NCBI GenBank assembly: GCA_026713285.1
Contig: JAPOOT010000289.1
Location: forward strand, 1 to 45,279
Origin: Gemmatimonadota bacterium
GTDB taxonomy: Bacteria; JAAXHH01
DNA length: 45,279 nt
Direction of reading: 5' to 3'
Below the pieces are notes generated by a model, which was not told the origin of the DNA, did not search any database, and saw only the letters and a list, made by a program, of their open reading frames with translations. The position numbers and the translations under genes were made by a program. This document shows positions 9,687-19,172 of this stretch, piece after piece. Position 1 is the stretch's first letter, and the number at the start of each line of letters is the position of its first letter.

Positions 9687-11033
9687 ATGCCAGATATCCC
9701 AGAACGTGACACACTTTCCCGCCGCGCCGCCCTCAGGATCGGCGGCGGCGCCCTGCTCGGCGCGGCCCTGCTCGGCTGCGGAGGGAGCCGGGACGACCGG
9801 ACAGTCCTGCGATTCATGACGGCGCAGACCCTGGAAAAGCACCGGTCCCTCGAGCCGCTCATCGCCGAGTTCATGGAGATCCATCCCGGCATCCGGATCG
9901 AACACGTGAAGGTGCCCTGGGACCAGGCCCATTCGAAGTATCTCACGGCGATCCTCGGCGGCGCGCCTCCCGACGTCATGACCATTCCGAGCTGGTGGGT
10001 GACCGAGTTCCGCGCCATGGGCGCCCTCGAGGACCTCGCCCCGTGGGTCCGGGACTGGCCCCATCTGCAGGGGTATACGGAGCAGGTGAAACGGCTGACC
10101 CGGGCGACCATGGCCTTCGACGGGGACCGGGTCTTCGGCCTGCCCACGGAAGTGGCCGTCCGGTCCATGTTCTATCGCACCGAATGGCTCGAGGAACACG
10201 GACTCGAGCCGGCGCAGACGCGCGAGGAGTGGCGCGCACTGCTCGAGCGGATCACGGATCCGGGCAGACAGCGCTACGGGTACGCCCTCCGCGGCGCCCG
10301 GGGCGGTTTCTGGTCGTGGTGGCCCATCGCCCAGGAATACGCCGGGTCCAACGCGTGGTTCGACGATGACCACCGGTGCATTATAAACAGTCCGGAGCAC
10401 GTGGCGGGACTGTCCTACTGGAACGACCTCTACCAGGACGGGCTCGCACCGCCCGACTCGCTGAACTGGGGTTTCAACGAGCTGGTCCAGGGATTCTGGT
10501 CGGGACTCTGCGGCACGATGGAACAGGATCCGGAGGTGGTCCGGACCTGCCTGGAGCACGGCCTGGACGAAAGTACCCTCACCATCACGGTCATGCCCGC
10601 CGGCCCCAGGGCCCGCGTGGCCCTGTCCGACGGAGGGTATACGTCCATGTCTTCGGCATCTCCTAACAAGGACGAAGCCTGGACCTTTCTCAGCTGGCTG
10701 ATGGCGCCCGAACAGCGGCTTCGGTACTGCAGGGACGTCAACATGATCCCGCCCTTTGCCGAGAACCTCAGGGATCCCGCGTTCGGGCAGGGCCTCTACC
10801 AGTCCTTCGTGGAAATGGTGAGCGATCCGGCGATCATACAGAACTGGTATCCCAACTACCTGCCTGAAATGGGCGAGTTTCTCGAGGTGCGGGTGACCGA
10901 GGAGCACCAGAAGATGCTGCTGAAGAGACAGTCTCCGCGGGACGCTCTCGACCGCCTGGCCGATTTCCTGACCCGTGCCCAGCGGAACTACGTTGACCGT
11001 CACGGCCCGGACACGCCCCGGCCGCCTGTGTAA
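9687..11033 (+). CDS. Carbohydrate ABC transporter substrate-binding lipoprotein 1 (Tat signal)
   Basis: SRRAALR twin-arginine motif plus LLGC lipobox; SBP family 1 features (GAPPDV, MFYR, MPAGP). Confidence 0.88.
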   Translation: MPDIPERDTLSRRAALRIGGGALLGAALLGCGGSRDDRTVLRFMTAQTLEKHRSLEPLIAEFMEIHPGIRIEHVKVPWDQAHSKYLTAILGGAPPDVMTIPSWWVTEFRAMGALEDLAPWVRDWPHLQGYTEQVKRLTRATMAFDGDRVFGLPTEVAVRSMFYRTEWLEEHGLEPAQTREEWRALLERITDPGRQRYGYALRGARGGFWSWWPIAQEYAGSNAWFDDDHRCIINSPEHVAGLSYWNDLYQDGLAPPDSLNWGFNELVQGFWSGLCGTMEQDPEVVRTCLEHGLDESTLTITVMPAGPRARVALSDGGYTSMSSASPNKDEAWTFLSWLMAPEQRLRYCRDVNMIPPFAENLRDPAFGQGLYQSFVEMVSDPAIIQNWYPNYLPEMGEFLEVRVTEEHQKMLLKRQSPRDALDRLADFLTRAQRNYVDRHGPDTPRPPV

Positions 11034-11098
11034 AGCGGCGGTCCCGCGAGGCCGGCCGCCGGCCTAAAGCAGTGGTCCCGCGAGACCGGCAGCCGCGA
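11031..11098. repeat. 34-bp imperfect tandem duplication starting at the SBP1 stop codon
   Basis: taaagcggcggtcccgcgaggccggccgcc / taaagcagtggtcccgcgagaccggcagcc. Confidence 0.75.
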
Positions 11099-11123
11099 CA
11101 GCACAAGGAACAGGACCGATTCG

Positions 11124-12548
11124 ATGCGCCATCACGCGAATCCCGGCTCGAAACCCCGTCGAATTACCCGTCGCGACATGTTGCGGCTCGGTAGCGCGGC
11201 CTTTGCGGGCGCGGCCTTTGTGGGCGCGACCGTCCTCGGCTGCGGCGGCGGAGACGGCCGACGGACCGTCACGGTCTTCAGTCCCATGGGCGAAGTAAAG
11301 AACCTCGCCCTGCGCCGGCAGGTCGAACGCTTCATGGCGTTGCGGGACGACTTGCGCGTGGAGTTGATCCCCGCGCCGTGGGACCAGGGGCACGCCAAGC
11401 TGCTGACCATGATCGCCGGCGGCAACCCGCCCGACGTGATCGCGGCGACGGGACAGTGGATGGCCGAATTCCGGGCCATGGGCGCTATAGAGGACCTGAC
11501 GCCCTGGTACGCGTCGTGGCCGCATCGCGATGCCTTCACGCGTACGGGTCTGCTCCGGTGCGAGAGCAGCATGGCCATCGAGGATGGACGGGTATACGGG
11601 CTGCCGCTGGAACTGACGACGCGGGCCATGTTCTATCGCAGGCGGTGGCTGGACGAGCAGGGCCTGGTACCCGCGGCGACCCGGACCGGGTGGCGCGCGT
11701 TGCTCGAGCGGATCACGGACAGGGACCGTTACGGCTACGCCCTGCGGGGGGCCCGGGGCGGATTCTGGACCTGGTGGCCCATACTGGAGGAGTTCTCCGG
11801 TACGAACGAGTGGTTCGACAGGGATCACAACTGCATTATCAACAGTCCGGCGCACGTGGAAGGGCTGACCTACTGGAACGACATTTACCAGGACGGCCTG
11901 GCGCCGGTGGACTCGGTGAACTGGGGCTACAACGAACTGGTGCAGGGTTTCTGGTCCGGGGTCTGCGGTTGCATCGAACAAGACCCTGAAGTGGTGCGCA
12001 CCTGCCTGGAACACGGCATGGACGAATCGACCCTGGTTACCGCCGCCATGCCGGCCGGTCCCCGGGCCCACGTGGCTTCCAACGACATCTGGATCCTCTC
12101 GATCTCAAGCGCCGCGAAGAATACGGACGACGCCCTGGCGTTTTACGAATGGATGATGTCGCCGGAACAGCTCATCGCCTACAGCAAGGACGCGAGCGTA
12201 CTTCCTACGGTGAAGCAGGGCATGGACGACCCCTATTTCGGCCAGGGATTCCTGCAGCCGTTCATGGACATGGCCACCGATACGAGGTTCCTGCAAAACT
12301 GGTACCCGAGCTACCTGCCCGAAATGGGCGAATTCATCGAGGTGCTGGTCACCGAGGAACAGCAGAAGATGCTCCTGGGAAGGCAGTCTCCGCGGGAAAC
12401 GCTCGACCGGCTGGCAGACTTCCTGGACCGGGCCCAGCGGCGTCACGTGGATCGGCACGGTCCCGATACACCCAGGCCACCCAGGCCGTCCGATACGCCG
12501 GAACCGTCCGTGCCGTCCGAACCGTCCGGTACGTCCCGGCCGTCTTAG
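11124..12548 (+). CDS. Carbohydrate ABC transporter substrate-binding lipoprotein 2 (Tat signal), paralogue of SBP1
   Basis: TRRDMLR plus VLGC; long blocks shared with SBP1 (YGYALRGARGGFW, NELVQGFWSG, YLPEMGEF). Confidence 0.88.
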   Translation: MRHHANPGSKPRRITRRDMLRLGSAAFAGAAFVGATVLGCGGGDGRRTVTVFSPMGEVKNLALRRQVERFMALRDDLRVELIPAPWDQGHAKLLTMIAGGNPPDVIAATGQWMAEFRAMGAIEDLTPWYASWPHRDAFTRTGLLRCESSMAIEDGRVYGLPLELTTRAMFYRRRWLDEQGLVPAATRTGWRALLERITDRDRYGYALRGARGGFWTWWPILEEFSGTNEWFDRDHNCIINSPAHVEGLTYWNDIYQDGLAPVDSVNWGYNELVQGFWSGVCGCIEQDPEVVRTCLEHGMDESTLVTAAMPAGPRAHVASNDIWILSISSAAKNTDDALAFYEWMMSPEQLIAYSKDASVLPTVKQGMDDPYFGQGFLQPFMDMATDTRFLQNWYPSYLPEMGEFIEVLVTEEQQKMLLGRQSPRETLDRLADFLDRAQRRHVDRHGPDTPRPPRPSDTPEPSVPSEPSGTSRPS

Positions 12549-12584
12549 CCACCCGGGCCGAACGGCACCCTGAAACCCCACGCC

Positions 12585-13466
12585 ATGAAAAAAGCCGAAC
12601 CCTATCTGCTCCTGACGCCGGCCTACCTGCTCATCGCGGGATTCCTGTTCTACCCCATGGCCACGGTGTTCCTGCTATCGCTACGGGAATACCAGCTCAT
12701 GGATCCACTCAATACGCCCTTCGTCGGGCTGGACCAGTACGCCGCCATGGCGGGAGACGAGTACTTCTGGCGGAGTCTGTGGAATTCCGTGGTCTGGGTG
12801 GTCGTATCGTTGTTCTTCCAGTTCCTGCTCGGATTCTGTCTGGCGCTGCTGCTTAACAGCACGCGGTTCTGGGGAAGGGGGATCTTCCAGGCAATTGTTT
12901 TCGCCCCGTGGGCGGTATCGGGCTTCCTGATCGCCATCATCTGGGCATGGCTGCTGAACGGGGAATTCGGGCTGGTCAACGACCTACTCATCCGGACCGG
13001 ACTGGTGGATCAGAAAATCGGGTTTCTGTCTCGCGGGGAGACGGCACTCCTCTCCTGCGTGCTGGCCAATATCTGGTTCGGGGTCACCTTCTTCGCCGTC
13101 ATGCTCTTCGCCGCCCTGCAGGCCATCCCGCCGAGTCTTTACGAAGCGGCCGACATGGATGGCGCCACGGCCTGGCAGTCCTTCTGGCGCGTCACCGCGC
13201 CCATGGTGAAACCGGCGATCGTCATCACAGTACTTCTGCGGGCGATCTGGATATTCAACTGGGCGGACCTCATCTGGGTCATGACCGGGGGCGGTCCGGC
13301 CGGGGCGTCCCGGACCCTGTCCCTCTATGTTTTCCAGAAGGCCTTCCTGGGGCTGGACTTCGGGTATTCGGCCGCACTGGGCGTGGCGTTGACCGTAGTC
13401 TCCCTGGTCTTCACCGCCGTTTTCCTCCGGGCAACGAGGTTTTACGGCGACGAGGCCGCCCTGTGA
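12585..13466 (+). CDS. Sugar ABC transporter permease (MalF/UgpA-like)
   Basis: PFVGLDQY, LQAIPPSLYEAADMDGA EAA motif. Confidence 0.93.
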   Translation: MKKAEPYLLLTPAYLLIAGFLFYPMATVFLLSLREYQLMDPLNTPFVGLDQYAAMAGDEYFWRSLWNSVVWVVVSLFFQFLLGFCLALLLNSTRFWGRGIFQAIVFAPWAVSGFLIAIIWAWLLNGEFGLVNDLLIRTGLVDQKIGFLSRGETALLSCVLANIWFGVTFFAVMLFAALQAIPPSLYEAADMDGATAWQSFWRVTAPMVKPAIVITVLLRAIWIFNWADLIWVMTGGGPAGASRTLSLYVFQKAFLGLDFGYSAALGVALTVVSLVFTAVFLRATRFYGDEAAL

Positions 13467-13476
13467 GGAATGGAAG

Positions 13477-14310
13477 ATGATCCGGACGCAACCATTGCGC
13501 CGCCTGCTGCAGGTCGCCGGACTGAGCGCGTTTTTTGTCTTTGCGGTCTTCCCAGTGTACTGGATGGTGGTCACTTCGCTGACGCCGGAGAAGGATCTTT
13601 TCGTCTGGCCCCTGAAGTATTTCCCATCAGCGCCCACGCTGGAACACTACGCCGCGGCCTTCCTCCGCACCGACATTCCCCGGTTCTTCACCAACAGCAT
13701 CATGGTCGCCAGTCTGGCCTCGGCCTGTACGTTGACCGTATCCGTGATGGGAGGCTACGCCCTCGCGCGCTACCGTTTCCGGGGCCGGAAGGTCACGCTC
13801 CTGATGTTCCTGGCGACCCAGATGATGCCCGTGGTGGTGCTGATCGTCCCGCTCTTCATCATCTTCCGGATGCTCGGTCTGCTCAACACGCTCTACAGCC
13901 TGATGATCGTTTACACCGTGCTGAACATCCCCTTCTGCACGCTCATGATGCAGGGTTTCTTCGCGGGCGTCCCGTCGGAACTCGAAGAGGCCGCCATGGT
14001 GGACGGGTGCAACCGGATGGGTGCGATCCTGCGCGTGGCCGTGCCGCTGACCCGGCCCGGCCTGATCGCGACCTTTCTGTTCGCGTTCATCGGCGCATGG
14101 AATGAACTGCTCTTCGCGGTGATGTTCCTGAACTCGGAATCCACTTTCACTCTGCCCGTCGGCCTGTACAACTTCATCAGCAAGTACGACATACACTGGG
14201 GACGCATGATGGCCGGCGCCACCCTGGCGCTGCTTCCGGCGCTGGCCGTGTTCGCCTTCGTACAGCGGTATATGGTGCGGGGGCTGGCCCTGGGGGCGGT
14301 GAAAGGATAG
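13477..14310 (+). CDS. Sugar ABC transporter permease (MalG/UgpE-like)
   Basis: PSELEEAAMVDG EAA motif, AWNELLFA, GAVKG end. Confidence 0.93.
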   Translation: MIRTQPLRRLLQVAGLSAFFVFAVFPVYWMVVTSLTPEKDLFVWPLKYFPSAPTLEHYAAAFLRTDIPRFFTNSIMVASLASACTLTVSVMGGYALARYRFRGRKVTLLMFLATQMMPVVVLIVPLFIIFRMLGLLNTLYSLMIVYTVLNIPFCTLMMQGFFAGVPSELEEAAMVDGCNRMGAILRVAVPLTRPGLIATFLFAFIGAWNELLFAVMFLNSESTFTLPVGLYNFISKYDIHWGRMMAGATLALLPALAVFAFVQRYMVRGLALGAVKG

Positions 14311-14371
14311 CGGACCAGGGAGAGCAGGATCAGGCCAACTGGATCGGGATAGCGGAATCGGTGGAGCAGGG

Positions 14372-15172
14372 TCAGGGCAGCAGGATCGGGCGGACCCACA
14401 CGAGATAAACCTGTCCGCCGGAACGGATCGCCTGGTGTTCGGTCAGCACACGGTATGCTTCGCGGGCCGGTGATCCGGAGAGCGTGCGGTATCCGCGCGG
14501 GCGATTCCCCTTCACCTCGGCCAGGTCAATCGAATCCAGCGGCCAGTCCACGGCTTCGCCGGCCTGGTCCGCCATGTACCGGGGCAGCTTCTGCACGGCG
14601 ATCTCGACGCGATCGGGAACGAAGGGTTCCGCCCTTGGATGGGTGAATCCTGCGAGGAACAGGTTGAACTTGTACATGGATCTCCACGCCGGGGCGATCA
14701 CTTCGTTGCCGGAACGGGCCTCGAGCAACGCGGGCGAGTAGGTGTGAAGGCTTGGGGGTGCGTGCATTCCGATCCAGATGGTCACCTTGTCGTTGTCTTC
14801 CCGAAAAGGTTTCTGTATGCTCTGGGCATAGGGTAATTCATTATCGAGCCATTCGTTGGTCAGGCTCGTAAGGCCGAAGCTGCTCTGCAGGATCACGTAC
14901 AGTCCGGCAACCTCATGTTCTTCCAGCTGGACCTGCCGGTGGAGCGCATCGGCATCGTCGTCCCGAAATACGACAATTCCATTTCCGTAGATCACGATCT
15001 GCGGTGTACGCGAAAGAAAAACCTTGTGTACGGTGGTCGATGCGCGGACTACTTTACGCCAGATCGCCGGGTCGACATTGGATCCGTGAACCTCACCGGC
15101 CTTCAGGATCCCCGCCAGCAGGAGCAGGAGGCCGGGGACCAGGTTTCTGAGCGTACGTTGGACGCTATTCAT
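14372..15172 (-). CDS. Hypothetical exported protein
   Basis: Hydrophobic N-terminal signal-like segment; fills the gap with normal composition; no family recognised. Confidence 0.7.
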   Translation of the reverse strand: MNSVQRTLRNLVPGLLLLLAGILKAGEVHGSNVDPAIWRKVVRASTTVHKVFLSRTPQIVIYGNGIVVFRDDDADALHRQVQLEEHEVAGLYVILQSSFGLTSLTNEWLDNELPYAQSIQKPFREDNDKVTIWIGMHAPPSLHTYSPALLEARSGNEVIAPAWRSMYKFNLFLAGFTHPRAEPFVPDRVEIAVQKLPRYMADQAGEAVDWPLDSIDLAEVKGNRPRGYRTLSGSPAREAYRVLTEHQAIRSGGQVYLVWVRPILLP

Positions 15173-15400
15173 AGACTGTTTTCTCGATCTTCGACTGTTT
15201 CTTCGATTTCATTCCTATGCGATGCAACCGCTGCAACCGATCCATGGACGAGGCAAAGCGCAGTTTTCACAAGCAGCGCAAGTGGCGGTGCCCTTCCTGC
15301 GGCCGCATCAGGTTCCAGCGCGCCAGGTCCAGGGGCCGGACCGCCCGGTCCGAGAAACACCGCCGCGGAGACTGAATGTCCCGGGCGATTTCCTGCCGCA

Positions 15401-16354
15401 TCATGGGTTCAACTGCTCCATACGCTTTTCATAGGTAGACTTGTGCGCGGGATCGATCTCCATGAGCACTTCGTAGGCTTCCTTGGAAGGTTCCGCATCG
15501 GGGACTTCCGTGGGTGATTCCGCGCTGAATACGTCCGCCAGTTGCAGGTAATGGGCGTTCAGAAACTCCTTAAGACGCTCGTCCCTCGCGTTCTTTTTGT
15601 GAAGTTCGGCCATCAAATCCACGGCCTCGCGGCATAACGTCCGGGCCTCCACAAGCTTGTTTGCCTTCTGTGCCGCCAGCCCGCGGTAATACCGGTTACG
15701 GATCAGGCGATAAGGCCTGTAGTCATCTGCCAGAATGCCGTCGATCAGGTCGAGCCGTTCGTCCCAGCCCCGCTGAAACTCGCGGCTGAACCGTCCGTCC
15801 ACCGCGATGGCATTGGCGCGCTGGAAATGGCTGTCGCCGCCGAATTCCGTGTACTTGTCCAACTCGTGTCCGATCATGATGTGAACGTAGTAATCGATCA
15901 GCCACGTCAGGCCGTTGAACTGTTGATCGTCGTGCTGAAGCAGGTCCTCCCGTTCGTACTCGAATAGCCACCACCGGTCCAGGTATTTCAGGTCGGTACC
16001 GCTGTACACGGTCAGGCGCGAGCCGTACTGGGTCTTTACCGCGCTGCCGAGAAATGCCAGGATGGCTTCGAATCCCACGTGAACCGGCTCGGGAAGGTCT
16101 TCTTCCAGCCAGTCCCATTCTTCGATATAGTCGGTCATTGAACGGGAGAAGTCCGCCATGTGCTCGCGGTGCAGAACGGGCAGGGCTTCCAGGTGCACCA
16201 TGATCTCGGCTTCCACCTGCTGCCCGCTGGCTTCGTGCCACGGAAACACCGCCAGCCAGAGCGCCAACGCGCAGGTCCGTATCCACGCGCGATGTGGGGT
16301 TCTCCAATGTAGCGGCGAATCCATATGCGTGCTTCCGTTATCCAGGGTTCCCAT
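15401..16354 (-). CDS. DUF4835 family protein (PorD-like), exported; start could be 16324
   Basis: Signal peptide then QQVEAEIMV..., YLDRWWLFEY, LIDYYVHIMIGHELDKYTEFGG pattern typical of DUF4835. Confidence 0.75.
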   Translation of the reverse strand: MGTLDNGSTHMDSPLHWRTPHRAWIRTCALALWLAVFPWHEASGQQVEAEIMVHLEALPVLHREHMADFSRSMTDYIEEWDWLEEDLPEPVHVGFEAILAFLGSAVKTQYGSRLTVYSGTDLKYLDRWWLFEYEREDLLQHDDQQFNGLTWLIDYYVHIMIGHELDKYTEFGGDSHFQRANAIAVDGRFSREFQRGWDERLDLIDGILADDYRPYRLIRNRYYRGLAAQKANKLVEARTLCREAVDLMAELHKKNARDERLKEFLNAHYLQLADVFSAESPTEVPDAEPSKEAYEVLMEIDPAHKSTYEKRMEQLNP

Positions 16355-16373
16355 TCGGTCGTCTTTCGTCGGA

Positions 16374-16402
16374 AAGCTAACCGCGGGGACGCGGCATGTC
16401 AA
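16374..16402 (-). promoter_or_regulatory. sigma70-type promoter for the DUF4835 gene
   Basis: TTGACA-17 nt-TAGCTT on the minus strand. Confidence 0.55.
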
Positions 16403-16460
16403 GCCTATCCCGCGCCCGCGCGTCGCGTACGGATCCCACGCGCTCCCACAGGCGCTGGCC

Positions 16461-16489
16461 TTGACACCCGGGTCCCGGTGCTGTATTTT
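16461..16489 (+). promoter_or_regulatory. sigma70-type promoter for the radical SAM gene
   Basis: TTGACA-17 nt-TATTTT. Confidence 0.55.
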
Positions 16490-16591
16490 GGCCGTCCGTA
16501 GTGGATACAGGCACGATTGAGCGGCGCGGTGCGGCGGCGGCGACCGGCCCGGCCTGAATACGCGGCCGATCAGCGCTTTCTGGAAAGGTAC

Positions 16592-18496
16592 ATGATCGAA
16601 CAAACTAAGGCGCAAACCCTCGCCCGCGAGCGCGGGACCATATACAAGAAACCGGACGGAAAGGCCGTTCGAATCGCCCTGGTGTATCCCAATACCTACT
16701 ACCTGGGCATGTCGAATCTGGGTTTTCAGACCATCTACCGGCACCTGAACGAACGGGTCGACGTGGTCTGCGAACGGGCTTTTCTCCCGGAACCTTCCGA
16801 CCTGGAAATCCTGTCCAGATCCCGCAAGCCGCTGGTTACGCTGGAAACGGGGCTGCCACTCGGTTCGTGCGACATTGTGGCCTTCTCCGTCTCCTTCGAG
16901 AACGACTACCCGAACCTGATCCGTATACTGGAACTCGCACGCATACCCGTACTCTCGGCTAACCGGACCCACTACGATCCGGTCGTGCTGATCGGCGGCG
17001 CGATTACCTACATCAACCCGGAGCCGCTGGCGGAATTCGCAGACGCGATGATCATAGGAGACGGCGAAGAGGCGGCCTACGCCTATATCGACCGCTATAT
17101 CGAGGACCGGGGCCTGGGCCGGGAACGCCACCTCGCCGGCGCCATGGCGCTGGCGGGTATGTATGTCCCTTCTCTGCAGCAGACCGCACCGGGCGACCGG
17201 GAGGGGCCGCCGGCCTCCGGACCGGCCGCGGATTCCGGATGCGAGGCCGAGGACGCCAGACCAACTGCTGATGCCGGACCGGCCGCGGACACCAGACCAG
17301 CTGCTGATGCCGGACCGGCCGCGGATTCCGGATGCGAGACCGCTGCGTTCGACGCGGAGCTTGCGCCCGCCGGCCGGATCGCCAATGCGCCCGCCGGCCG
17401 GATCGCCAAGCAGCAGGTGCGCGATTTCGAGGATTACCCCGCCCATTCCGCCGTCCTCACGCCCGACACCGAGTTTGGCGACATGCTGCTGATCGAGATC
17501 TCCCGCGGGTGTCCCCGCCGATGCCGCTTTTGCGCCGTGAGTTATGTCTATCCCAAATTCCGCGCTTTGAAGCCGGAAACGATACTCGACGTCATCCGTG
17601 CAAAAAATGCGACGCTTGCGCGCGACGGCCAGGAGGGATTGAAAGCGGTGGGCCTGGTCAGTTCGGCCATGTGCGACTACCCCCACCTGGACGAACTCTG
17701 TGCGGGCCTGGAAGAGACCGGGCTTCGCGTGGGGGTTTCGTCGGTTCGGGTAGACCTGGTCCCTGACAGCCTGCTTCGACTGATGCTGAAGACAGGGCTG
17801 CGAACCATGACCATCGCACCCGAGGCCGGTTCGGAACGGCTCCGCAAGGCGATCAACAAGCCCATATCCTCGGAGGAAATCCTGACTGGCGCCCGAAGGA
17901 TTCTCGAGAAGGGCATCAAGCATCTCAAGGTGTACTACATGGTCGGCCTGCCGACGGAGACCGACGCCGACGTCGAGGAACTCATCGATATGACGCGCCA
18001 GCTTGCCCGGCTTCAGAGGGCTTGCGGGGAACCGGGCGGCCGGCTGAGGTTGAGCATAAATCCCTTCGTGCCGAAGGCGTTGACGCCCTTCCAGTGGAGT
18101 CCCATGGCGTCTCCGCGGGAGGTCAAGCGCAAGCTGAACCACATCAAGAAGGCCCTGCGCGGCACGCCGGGCGTGGACGTCAAGCACGAGAGCCTGAAAT
18201 CCGCGTATTTCGAGGCCATCCTGTCCCGCGGCGGCCGGGAATTGAGCGGATTTCTGATGGAAACGGTGCGGCGGGACGGCGACTGGAAACGCGCGGCGGC
18301 GGAAACGGAGACGGATATCTCCCGATATCTCGGGGACATGGCGGACATGCAGTCGCTTCCCTGGGATTTCATATCCACGGAAAAGGAACATCACCGGCTC
18401 CAGTGGGAGTACCGGAAGACTCACAACCTGCCCCATCGCACCCGGCGGCCGGCAGCTCGCGTCAGCCGGACGGATGCGGGGCACCCCGCGGTCTGA
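16592..18496 (+). CDS. Radical SAM protein (TIGR03960-like, B12-binding-like N-domain) with a low-complexity insertion
   Basis: ALVYPNTYYLGMSNLG, EISRGCPRRCRFC CX3CX2C motif, IAPEAGSERLR, PFVPKALTPFQW. Confidence 0.88.
   Translation: MIEQTKAQTLARERGTIYKKPDGKAVRIALVYPNTYYLGMSNLGFQTIYRHLNERVDVVCERAFLPEPSDLEILSRSRKPLVTLETGLPLGSCDIVAFSVSFENDYPNLIRILELARIPVLSANRTHYDPVVLIGGAITYINPEPLAEFADAMIIGDGEEAAYAYIDRYIEDRGLGRERHLAGAMALAGMYVPSLQQTAPGDREGPPASGPAADSGCEAEDARPTADAGPAADTRPAADAGPAADSGCETAAFDAELAPAGRIANAPAGRIAKQQVRDFEDYPAHSAVLTPDTEFGDMLLIEISRGCPRRCRFCAVSYVYPKFRALKPETILDVIRAKNATLARDGQEGLKAVGLVSSAMCDYPHLDELCAGLEETGLRVGVSSVRVDLVPDSLLRLMLKTGLRTMTIAPEAGSERLRKAINKPISSEEILTGARRILEKGIKHLKVYYMVGLPTETDADVEELIDMTRQLARLQRACGEPGGRLRLSINPFVPKALTPFQWSPMASPREVKRKLNHIKKALRGTPGVDVKHESLKSAYFEAILSRGGRELSGFLMETVRRDGDWKRAAAETETDISRYLGDMADMQSLPWDFISTEKEHHRLQWEYRKTHNLPHRTRRPAARVSRTDAGHPAV
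17185..17410 (+). repeat. In-frame nested repeats inside the radical SAM gene
   Basis: ccggaccggccgcgga x3, ttccggatgcgag x2, gcgcccgccggccggatcgccaa x2. Confidence 0.85.
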
Positions 18497-18551
18497 TCCC
18501 GGGATTTGAAGCCGGGGCCAGACCATCATTCCAAGTCAGTGGAGGCGAAAG

Positions 18552-19169
18552 ATGCAAAGAACGGGTCTATTCATGGCTGCCGTGTCGCTCGTGTTTTTCG
18601 TGGTGTCCTGCGGCGAATCGTCCGACCAACCCGAACCTGGCGGAGAGCCCGCAAACATGTTGATTATCGAAACCACCCTGGGCACTATCAAATGCGAGCT
18701 GTATCCCGACAAAACGCCGATGACCGTGGACGTCATTTCCAGCCTGGCCGAAGGCACGCGGGAATGGACCCACCCGGTAACCGGGCAGATCATGAACGGG
18801 GTTCCTTACTACGACGGCGTGATCTTCCACCGGGTCATTCCCGATTTCATGATCCAGACCGGCGATCCGGCCGGAACGGGCATGGGCAGTCCCGGGTTCG
18901 TGTTCGACGATGAGTTGAACGAGGAACTGCTCTTCGACCAGCCCGGCCGGTTGGCCATGGCGCACCGCGGTCCCAATACCAACGGCGGACAGATCTTCAT
19001 CACGGTTGCGCCCACGCCCCATCTCAACATGGTTCATACCATCTTCGGTCAGGTCGTGGAGGGACAGGACGTGGCCGACGCCATTTCAATGGTGCCCGCG
19101 GACCAGTCCCGGCCGCGCGAGGAGGTCAGCATCACCAAAGTGATCGTGGTCAGAGGGGAGGGCGAGTAG
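18552..19169 (+). CDS. Cyclophilin-type peptidyl-prolyl isomerase, lipoprotein
   Basis: VVSC lipobox, YYDGVIFHRVIPDFMIQTGDP, HTIFGQV. Confidence 0.93.
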   Translation: MQRTGLFMAAVSLVFFVVSCGESSDQPEPGGEPANMLIIETTLGTIKCELYPDKTPMTVDVISSLAEGTREWTHPVTGQIMNGVPYYDGVIFHRVIPDFMIQTGDPAGTGMGSPGFVFDDELNEELLFDQPGRLAMAHRGPNTNGGQIFITVAPTPHLNMVHTIFGQVVEGQDVADAISMVPADQSRPREEVSITKVIVVRGEGE

Positions 19170-19172
19170 AGG

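Noticed and set aside
17185-17410. Intein in the radical SAM gene
   Set aside because: No C/S...HN splice motifs; purely low-complexity repeats
15401-18529. 1042-aa minus-strand ORF
   Set aside because: Only the last ~318 aa (DUF4835) look real; the rest is the antisense shadow of the radical SAM gene and crosses two promoters
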